From: Candidatus Hadarchaeota archaeon
GTDB lineage: Archaea > Hadarchaeota > Hadarchaeia > Hadarchaeales > Hadarchaeaceae
Length of the DNA stretch: 32,000 bases
NCBI GenBank assembly: GCA_964514965.1
Contig: CAZETV010000001.1
Location: 450,001 to 482,000 of the forward strand
Direction of reading: 5' to 3'
The translations under genes were made by a program, and so were the position numbers. Of the stretch, positions 18,460 through 25,565 are shown piece by piece. Under the pieces are notes generated by a model. It did no database searches and was not told the DNA's origin. It worked only from the letters and a program-made list of their open reading frames with translations. Within the stretch, counting starts at the first letter, position 1. Every line of letters starts with the position of its first letter.

Positions 18460-19293
18460 CTATCTCAACATCGCCACGTAATCTCCAACTTTTACACTCA
18501 GACTTCGTGCGACTGGCCCACACTTTGCTCGAAAGATGTAGAAGAATTTCCCACTTTCTGGCAGCTCCGAAAGCGTTTCATAATTTCCCATTCCCTTAGC
18601 CACCACTAAATCCGCCCGCGCGAACCTCTCCCTGAGTTTGGGAGAAGCCCTGTCCGGATAAAAGCCCACCGTGGCGGGAGAAGGAATCATCTCAACAGGA
18701 AGCCTAAGCATCATGACCCGCACATCCTCAATAGACAGGTCGTTCTGGACCGGGCTCTCCTTAACCACATATCCTACCCTCGCCTTCTTCTTGAGGAAAG
18801 CCAACAGGGGCAGGTCGAAGAATACCTCGGCAGCGTTATCTGCCAGATACAGAATATCTTTTACACTCCCCAGCTTGCGCTCAAGTTTCGCTATATCGTC
18901 TATGGCAAAATTCGGTCCAACAGAAAGTTCACGATCGAGGCTTTCGGGATCCACGAAGAAGTCGATGGCATTCCCCTGAGCGGCGATCTCCATGTAGCCT
19001 CTCAACTCCCTCCGGGGTCTAACCTTCAAAAACGCCAACTTTGCCATTTCAATCTCCCTCAACTTCCACTCGCGGTAGGGATCCGGGTTTCCTGAGAGCT
19101 TCTTGATGATTGGGTGGAACTCGTTTGACAAATCGGTCGGGACTGTGCTTGGAGAGAGGCGCTCGAGGATTTTTGCAATCCTCCTCTCGATTTCCGACCT
19201 GATTAACGGGTCTGATGTCGCGAGTTCCGTGGTCTGGCGCGCGAGATTCCGCAAACAATTCAGACACTCGGGTCCTGCTTTCATGGGACTCAC
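18460..19293 (-). CDS. DUF89 / ARMT1-like family protein (damage-control phosphatase type)
   Basis: CLNCLRNLARQ, ILYLADNAAEVFFD, VVKESPVQNDLSIEDV, VVAKGMGNYETL. Confidence 0.88.
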   Translation of the reverse strand: MSPMKAGPECLNCLRNLARQTTELATSDPLIRSEIERRIAKILERLSPSTVPTDLSNEFHPIIKKLSGNPDPYREWKLREIEMAKLAFLKVRPRRELRGYMEIAAQGNAIDFFVDPESLDRELSVGPNFAIDDIAKLERKLGSVKDILYLADNAAEVFFDLPLLAFLKKKARVGYVVKESPVQNDLSIEDVRVMMLRLPVEMIPSPATVGFYPDRASPKLRERFARADLVVAKGMGNYETLSELPESGKFFYIFRAKCGPVARSLSVKVGDYVAMLR

Positions 19294-19925
19294 AACAGTT
19301 GACGCGAGAATTCCATCAGGTCTCTCACCACGAACTCTCTAGACTGCTCCCCATCACGATTTAGGAAAAATGCTCTAATGCCTGCCTCCCTCGGCGCAAT
19401 GTAGTCGAAAATCCAGTTGTCCCCGATATGTACCACCTCTGCGAGAGAAACGCCGACAGCTTTCAGGACTTTCGAGTAGAACTCTCCTGTCTTCTTGACG
19501 AGCCCGAAATCCGAGGTCGCTGAAAACATACAGTCAATGTAGTTTTTCAAGCCCGCCTGCTCGATTTCTACCTCAGCCAACTCGCGCACGCCATTGGTGA
19601 TGACCATGAGCTTGAACCTCCGATGCAGTTTATCCAAAACTTCGTAGACCTCAGAGTAGGCCCTCACTTTCGACCTGCATTGCTCAACCAAGTCCATCCA
19701 GTTCCCGCTCAGGTCGAATTCCTTCCACCAGTAATTGACATCGTACCACCCGAGTTTATCCATCCCGACCCCGTCGTACTTGCGCGTTATTTCCTGCCGC
19801 GCTTTCTCGGGCCCCATCCCCCATCGCTCGGCGTAAAGCCTAGAAATCCCATTAAACCAGAAAGAATTCGAAAAATTCCAGTCGATGAGAGTGCCGTCTA
19901 AATCAAACGAAACAATTTTTATCAT
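19290..19925 (-). CDS. HAD superfamily hydrolase
   Basis: SFDLDGTLIDW, MVITNG, VVHIGDNWIFDYIAPREAGIRAFFLNR; ATGA overlap with the DUF89 gene. Confidence 0.9.
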   Translation of the reverse strand: MIKIVSFDLDGTLIDWNFSNSFWFNGISRLYAERWGMGPEKARQEITRKYDGVGMDKLGWYDVNYWWKEFDLSGNWMDLVEQCRSKVRAYSEVYEVLDKLHRRFKLMVITNGVRELAEVEIEQAGLKNYIDCMFSATSDFGLVKKTGEFYSKVLKAVGVSLAEVVHIGDNWIFDYIAPREAGIRAFFLNRDGEQSREFVVRDLMEFSRQLL

Positions 19926-19994
19926 GCCATCAACAGATTACTTTCGAGTCCTGTGATTAAGGGTTAACACTCCTCAACAATGCTATTGATTGTT

Positions 19995-20270
19995 TCACTT
20001 TTTCTTCAATCCTCTCTCGGTAGCTATTTCTCCACTCTCCTCTAGAAATTCCAAAATTTTTTTCTCCACAATTTGGCTCATTTTAAATCCGCTGCGCTTG
20101 CAGAACTATCTGAACTTGTGGTACAGCTCCTCGTCCACGGTAAAGTTTACCCTAACCTTCGTAGGGAAACGTGGCAATTTGCCCGTCTCGTCGTAAATAC
20201 CAAGGGCGTCGAACCACTCGGGATGCAGGAAAATTAGCTTTTTGGCCCGCTCCACTTTATCTGATGACAT
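19995..20270 (-). pseudogene. Ribbon-helix-helix (CopG-like) protein gene interrupted by an in-frame TAG at 20106-20108
   Basis: Manual minus-strand translation: MSSDKVERAKKLIFLHPEWFDALGIYDETGKLPRFPTKVRVNFTVDEELYHKFR*FCKRSGFKMSQIVEKKILEFLEESGEIATERGLKKK*; RHH fold continues in the same frame across TAG. Confidence 0.7.
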
Positions 20271-20577
20271 TTCTAATCATGCTCCTTATGGTTCTCACAT
20301 TCTTTTTGTCTATACGCGTCGCCAAGTTGTTCACCGCGTAAGGGTTGTATGCCAGTTTCAGCTCCTCGAAAGTAGTCACCATCGCAGCAACGGCGATTCG
20401 CTTGTTATAATCTTCAAAAGCATGGTCGACCAACAAGGCCCGAACTACATACGCCAGCTGTAACAGCCAATCCTTCGTCTGCTCGCGCAGAAACGGCGAA
20501 ATCTAGATTACCCCCGTTGACCAATCGCCCTGCCCCCCAACGGTTTTGTTCAAAGCCACAATTTCTTTTTTTCCCAC
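20257..20577 (-). pseudogene. Uncharacterised ORF upstream of the RHH gene, GTG start, interrupted by an in-frame TAG at 20503-20505
   Basis: Translation: (M)GKKEIVALNKTVGGQGDWSTGVI*ISPFLREQTKDWLLQLAYVVRALLVDHAFEDYNKRIAVAAMVTTFEELKLAYNPYAVNNLATRIDKKNVRTIRSMIRNVIR*; overlaps the RHH start by 14 nt. Confidence 0.5.
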
Positions 20578-20681
20578 ATGTGTGTAAAAGTGTGTATACG
20601 TAAGTATTTGACATTGTGTTCAAGCTCGTAGATGGAAAACCCTAAACCCGAAAGAATCGAATTCGCTAGAGGGCGCATGAA

Positions 20682-21185
20682 ATGAGAAATTCAAGTTTTT
20701 CCCTTTTGGGAACGCGATTCGAGTTCCGTGAAAACGGGTCGTTGAAGGTCGACTTCGACGAAAAAGTTATCGAGTTTGACCCACGCAGCCAGAATCACCT
20801 CAGGCGACTTGAACATATCCTAAAGCGAAAGCTCCTCGACGAACTCGAACCGGCAGTTACCTACTACAGCAAAAAATTGGGAGTGAGATTCAAACGAATA
20901 ACCATAAGAAAACCAAGAACAAGGTGGGGTAGCTGCTCGCCCGATGGAAATTTGAACTTCAACCTCCAGCTGATTTGTCTCCCGCCTGATCTCATTCGGT
21001 ATGTCGCATGTCACGAGGTCGCACACCTCAAAGAAAACCATCACGGCAGGGCTTTCTGGGAAATCGTGGGAAAAGAATTTGAAAACTACAAAACGATAAA
21101 AAAACGTCTGTCCGAGTACTGGTCCTTCGTCCAGGGAATTAACTCTTTTCTCGACCTAGGTAAAGCCTCACACCTTCCCAGATAA
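20682..21185 (+). CDS. YgjP/DUF45-type metallopeptidase domain protein
   Basis: RWGSCSPDGNLNFNLQLICLPPDLIRYVACHEVAHLKENHHGRAFWEIV (HExxH...H). Confidence 0.88.
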   Translation: MRNSSFSLLGTRFEFRENGSLKVDFDEKVIEFDPRSQNHLRRLEHILKRKLLDELEPAVTYYSKKLGVRFKRITIRKPRTRWGSCSPDGNLNFNLQLICLPPDLIRYVACHEVAHLKENHHGRAFWEIVGKEFENYKTIKKRLSEYWSFVQGINSFLDLGKASHLPR

Positions 21186-21717
21186 CCCAAATTGATGCGA
21201 AGAGTCCTGAAATCGCCTCTGGAATCGCCACACCATCCCAACTAAATGTCCAAGGTATAGCCGCAAAGATTCCCATCAAAATAGTGAATGACCCAAACTT
21301 CCCAGAACCTGACAAAATCGCACTGGCGCCAAGTAGGAAAAACGAGATGGGGAACAACACGAAAAATGCCACCGAGAAGTAGAAGTGAACAACTCCCGCA
21401 GCTTCCGAGAACACCCCTATGCCAAACAAGGCGATGGCGCCAAAAAACAACGCTATCGTCCCCACACGCCCCAGAACCCGCTTCCTAAAGGTCACCCACA
21501 GGCCGACTGCAAAAATCATCGTGAGGGTCCCGCTAGCCATCAGCCCAAAGTTGAACACCCACGAAGCTTCGCCCACGCCAAGGTCGCTCAGCGCATTCTT
21601 CGTCCAGCTAAACCAAGGGGACAGGGATATGGAGATGAGAATGCACGAAAATGCCACCACCGGGACAACCATCCCACAAATCCAGGCGACCCGTAATTTC
21701 TTTTCGCTAGAGAGCAT
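21139..21717 (-). CDS. DUF998 family integral membrane protein
   Basis: Multiple hydrophobic segments, NALSDLGVGEASWVFNFGLMASG...; internal ATG at 21717 preferred over track start 21768. Confidence 0.75.
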   Translation of the reverse strand: MLSSEKKLRVAWICGMVVPVVAFSCILISISLSPWFSWTKNALSDLGVGEASWVFNFGLMASGTLTMIFAVGLWVTFRKRVLGRVGTIALFFGAIALFGIGVFSEAAGVVHFYFSVAFFVLFPISFFLLGASAILSGSGKFGSFTILMGIFAAIPWTFSWDGVAIPEAISGLFASIWVIWEGVRLYLGREKS

Positions 21718-22273
21718 GGGGTTCCGGGTAAATATTTGATGCTTTCCCTTTATATTCCTCAAACCCAACGATCTTGCTCAATCGCTTCTTTCGACGGAAA
21801 AAGTGCAAAACTTTCGCCAGCAAGTCAAATTTCTTGCGCGGGTACCCCACCGTCAAGAGTGCAACCACCTTCAAGTGCTCCGGAATCTTCAACAACCTCT
21901 TGACCAGCTCTTCATCGAAACTCCCAACCCAGCAAGTCCCTAGGCCCTCCCCTGTTGCTGCTAAGACCATGTTCTGCATGGCGATGGTGACATCAACCAC
22001 GTGCCATTTTGGCGAGGCCTTCCGATCGCCGCAGCCGACAATCACTACTGGGGACTTATTCAGAAAACCGGCAAACTTATCGCTCTCCGCGATTCGCTTT
22101 CTCGTCTCCAAGTCCGTAACGACGATGAAGTACCAAGGCTGGCGATTTTCGGCCGAGGGTGCCAAACGGGCCGCCTCTAAAATTCTTTCCAGTTTTTCCT
22201 TCGGTACTGGAGTTTGGGTGTACGCCCGAACCGACTTTCTCCTTCGGATGGCTTCAAATACCTTCATTTTCAA
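21707..22273 (-). CDS. Nitroreductase family protein
   Basis: RRRKSVRAYTQTPVPKEKLERILEAARLAPSAENRQPWYFIVV; MQNMVLAATGEGLGTCWVGSF. Confidence 0.92.
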   Translation of the reverse strand: MKMKVFEAIRRRKSVRAYTQTPVPKEKLERILEAARLAPSAENRQPWYFIVVTDLETRKRIAESDKFAGFLNKSPVVIVGCGDRKASPKWHVVDVTIAMQNMVLAATGEGLGTCWVGSFDEELVKRLLKIPEHLKVVALLTVGYPRKKFDLLAKVLHFFRRKKRLSKIVGFEEYKGKASNIYPEPHAL

Positions 22274-22856
22274 GCTCCCGGCCTTATTTCACACATGACC
22301 AAAAAATTCTTGTTAAGTTCTTCGACCAATTTTAAATAAAGGAATATCCTGTTAAACTTTTTATGCCAATCAGCCCCATCACTTTGATAAATTTCTTCAT
22401 GTTTTTAGGCCAAATTCTTAATCATTTTTATCATAATTTATGCATATTTTTAACCGAAAAATCTATATACGGTGGGGATAACATTCCAGTGGCGCGCGCA
22501 TGGTTAAAACTTTGAATTTATACCGATTTATTGCTGTGCCAGAGTTGTTGCCACCATCGTCCTGCTGATTATCAGCGGCATAACATGGTACATTACGCGC
22601 GCGCTATATGAGATGATCTATAGTAGATGGCTGTTTTTTCCCGTTAGGGCTATTTGCTAGTTAGGCGAGTGAAACCGTTTTTCCAAAACAAGTACCCTAA
22701 CATTCGGGATAAAGGTGCTCTTTCAGGCAGAGGTCCCTCCCGCTCCGAAGTGATTTTATTTGTCATGTCCCCTAGAACGAAATTGAGCAACCCCGTAAGT
22801 GCCGAAGGCTGTTTCCACCCCTTTTTTAAGTTTATAAATCACTTTCAGCAACCAAG

Positions 22857-24044
22857 TTACTCTGGAATAAGCGCCACAAAAGAATACCCTTTCAACCTGC
22901 CGAGCTTCTTCACATCCTGAAGCTTTAACTCAGAAATTCTTTGCTCATATTTGTAAAATTCTTCTGCAGACCCTGCGAGTTCTTCCATAAGCAACGCGAC
23001 AGCAACCTTGTTACTATCTTCTTGGAGCAATTTGTATCGGCCAATCAGTTGCTCTTTTGACTCTTCAAACTCTTTTTTATCTAGCTCCCTCATTTTTTTA
23101 ATTTCCTTCAAGATGAGTTCCTTTACCTGCTTGAAGTGCCCCGCATCTGTACCGACGTAAATTAAATTATGCCCGTAATCAACCCCAATTTGAGGATACG
23201 CGCCGACATGATAGGCAAGCCCTCTTTTGTCCCTTATCTCCTGGAATAATCTAGAAGATCCCCCGCCAGAAAGAATGATGTTGAACGATTCAAGCGCATA
23301 CCTCATCCTATCCCTCAAAGTCGCCGTGTGAAAGGCGAGCACGAGGTGCGCTTGTTTAATCTCTTTTCTCCGCTCCACCGCCTGTTTGTTTATTTTATTT
23401 ATCTTCAATTTTGATGGAGGCGCCCTCTTAACGGTTCTTTTCCGTTCAGCAGCTTCGATTACCTCATCGAAATCGGCTTCACCGACAACGCAAAGGACGG
23501 GATTATTGTAAAGGTTGAAAAATTTCAAAAGAATTTCCCTAGAGATCGGTTTGATTGTCTCCGCTGTCCCCACAATTTTCATTCCGAAAGGTTTCTCGTA
23601 CAAAAAGGATTTTGCCCTTTCGAAAACGTACATTGCAGGTGTATCGTGATTCATTTTTACTTCTTCTAAAACAACTTTCTTTTCTTTTTCTATTTTTTGT
23701 TCATCAAAAGCGGGATTTATCAGCATGCCAGAAAGCAAATCCACCCCCAAATCCAAATATTTAGATGGCAATTTTGTCCAAAACGCTGTTACCTCTTCAT
23801 CGGTGAACCCGTTAAGTATCCCTCCACGTTTCTCCACGGTGGCCGAAATTTCCTTGGAAGACTTGGTCTTCGTTCCCTGAAAGATACAGTGTTCTAGATA
23901 GTGCGCAACTCCTTTGAATTCAGCTGGCTCGTGAGCGGCACCCAACCTGCAGGCTAAAAGGGAAGTCACGACGGGAGACTTTCTGCGCTCAAGTAACACC
24001 GTCAAGCCGTTGTCTAGCGTAGCCCTGTAAAATTCTGCTTCCAT
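22857..24044 (-). CDS. M16 (insulinase/pitrilysin) family zinc peptidase
   Basis: VAHYLEHCIFQGTKTKSSKEI (HxxEH), GGILNGFTDEEVTAFW, YKEQ-type C-terminal half. Confidence 0.9.
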   Translation of the reverse strand: MEAEFYRATLDNGLTVLLERRKSPVVTSLLACRLGAAHEPAEFKGVAHYLEHCIFQGTKTKSSKEISATVEKRGGILNGFTDEEVTAFWTKLPSKYLDLGVDLLSGMLINPAFDEQKIEKEKKVVLEEVKMNHDTPAMYVFERAKSFLYEKPFGMKIVGTAETIKPISREILLKFFNLYNNPVLCVVGEADFDEVIEAAERKRTVKRAPPSKLKINKINKQAVERRKEIKQAHLVLAFHTATLRDRMRYALESFNIILSGGGSSRLFQEIRDKRGLAYHVGAYPQIGVDYGHNLIYVGTDAGHFKQVKELILKEIKKMRELDKKEFEESKEQLIGRYKLLQEDSNKVAVALLMEELAGSAEEFYKYEQRISELKLQDVKKLGRLKGYSFVALIPE

Positions 24045-24291
24045 TGAATCCTATCCATCTAGGAGTCAGACAAACGGATTAATAAGATTCACGAAATGAT
24101 TGTCTCAAGAAATCAAGCTTGAAGACATTATTCTGTTAATATTGGCAGATATTTGTTAAGATGGAACTACCGAACCCTGGTGGGTTAGGTTGAATCTAAA
24201 GTGTTGCAAGCCCCGAGTGCTAAAGCTACCCAATGAGAAATTTTTGTAAAATTTATTTCCAAATCGGAGATATATCAATTTTAACAAACAA

Positions 24292-24301
24292 CTTATTTAT
24301 A
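24292..24301 (+). promoter_or_regulatory. Candidate TATA box for the 24326 RNA
   Basis: cttatttata, ending ~25 nt upstream of the first base of the terminal helix (24326). Confidence 0.5.
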
Positions 24302-24325
24302 GAAGTTAAATCAAAAAAAAAGAAT

Positions 24326-24555
24326 GGCAGGGGTAGAAGCCTACAGAGGCGGCCGAACTGAAGTCTACGGACAACAGGGAGCCGCGAAAAAACGTGGACG
24401 AAAAACCACGGATGGTCGCGGATAAACGCCAGGAAGCATGGTGTGAGGCAACGACTGTGGGATAAAGGCCCTGATGTGAAAAAACGTTGAGCAACGGAAG
24501 TGGTCGAGACTCCGAAGCTTAACGAGATAGTAATGGAAGGGCCGAAATCCCTGCC
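24326..24555 (+). ncRNA. Candidate structured non-coding RNA, family not assigned
   Basis: GGCAGGG (24326-24332) pairs with CCCTGCC (24549-24555); internal GCCT-ACAG-AGGC; CCGCGA/TCGCGG enclosing CGTGG/CCACG; GGCCCT/AGGGCC (24467-24472/24538-24543); 7-T tract at 24558-24564; GC-rich island in AT-rich intergenic DNA. Confidence 0.65.
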
Positions 24556-24609
24556 CCTTTTTTTAACCTTAATTCTGTTAACCCCTTTCACAGTCGTGGA
24601 AGTAGATAC

Positions 24610-25395
24610 TCAGTTAGCTAAATCAACCCATTCAATTTTTGCCCTATCCCACTCTTGAATAGGATGCCCAATTTTTTCTAAGAATTCTCTAACTTCTTCC
24701 TCATCCAGTTTTACAATATCCTCCAGAACCGGGATTAAAATACACAACGCGTTCGATGAAAGTACTGTTCGTTTAGAGATGTGCCCAAGGAAAGGCGAGG
24801 GCGAGACGGCTATGGGATACCCATTGTAAGTTTTTACGTGCAACATCACGTACATATCAGAATGGCCATCCCCCACATAGACAGTTCTTTCTGGAGGAAT
24901 TTTTTCCTTAGTTCTAGCCAAATTAAGTGCCTGTACCTTCGCCGATCCGGCCCTGACCCACTCAACGCCTTTGATTACGCCTTTCTCGTCGTAGGTGTAG
25001 AGAGTACCGTAAATGTGGTTTTTAGGGATTATACCCCTCAACGCTTCTTCAATTATTTTTTGGGGAGAAGCAGAAATTACATAAGGGACAAAGCGTTTCC
25101 CACGAAAGCCTTTCCGCAGCAAGCCAAAGAGTTCAGGAATATTCCTCTTAAGCTTTACCTCTTTCCCAACCTCTCGCAAAAGCTTTCGAGTCACTTTTCC
25201 TTTGTAACTAGGATCGTGAATGATGAGATAAGACAGCTCACCACCTAACTTGGCGATGCTTTTTCGCCTTAATCTCCTAATTTTTTCATCGAAGTCCTCC
25301 CGTGAGATTCCTAGTTTTAGACTCAGGAGAAGTCCGGTATCTTGAACGCTCAAAGTTTTGTCGAAGTCCAATGCAAACAAATATCTCTCTTCCAT
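24610..25395 (-). CDS. HAD-superfamily hydrolase, phosphoserine phosphatase-like
   Basis: FALDFDKTLSVQDTG, PYVISASPQKIIEEALRG, RTVYVGDGHSDMYVM. Confidence 0.87.
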   Translation of the reverse strand: MEERYLFALDFDKTLSVQDTGLLLSLKLGISREDFDEKIRRLRRKSIAKLGGELSYLIIHDPSYKGKVTRKLLREVGKEVKLKRNIPELFGLLRKGFRGKRFVPYVISASPQKIIEEALRGIIPKNHIYGTLYTYDEKGVIKGVEWVRAGSAKVQALNLARTKEKIPPERTVYVGDGHSDMYVMLHVKTYNGYPIAVSPSPFLGHISKRTVLSSNALCILIPVLEDIVKLDEEEVREFLEKIGHPIQEWDRAKIEWVDLAN

Positions 25396-25565
25396 TCTTT
25401 CACCTAACGTTTCAATTGCAAGTTAGCCTTTGTATTTAGAGAGATTTATATGGCTTGCAGAAAGCCGATTGAATCAACCAGAAAAAACTGGATGAAACCT
25501 TGTTATTCACGGGGGGCCTGGGCCAACTTTTATCTGAAAAGCAGACGATTGTTTTTACGACGCAC

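Noticed and set aside
18095-18523. 142-aa minus-strand ORF
   Set aside because: Antisense to the histone-fold gene 18129..18350; no recognisable domain.
19990-20196. 68-aa plus-strand ORF
   Set aside because: Antisense shadow of the TAG-interrupted RHH gene, whose minus-strand translation is recognisable.
19995-20577. UAG-as-pyrrolysine genetic code for this organism
   Set aside because: Not supported as a general code: fttA, egsA, the phosphoesterase and the PreA-like gene all end in TAG at their expected C-termini, and no pyl genes are in the window. Retained only as something to test.
20414-20623. 69-aa minus-strand ORF
   Set aside because: Alternative frame of the 20257..20577 region; the other minus frame has more protein-like composition and couples to the RHH gene.
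22654-22920. 88-aa plus-strand ORF
   Set aside because: Runs into the 3' end of the M16 peptidase gene in antisense and has no family resemblance; not enough support to call.
24253-24591. 112-aa minus-strand ORF over the candidate ncRNA
   Set aside because: No family resemblance, low-complexity FFFFDL segments arise from antisense of poly-A/T tracts, and the region is better explained as a plus-strand structured RNA.
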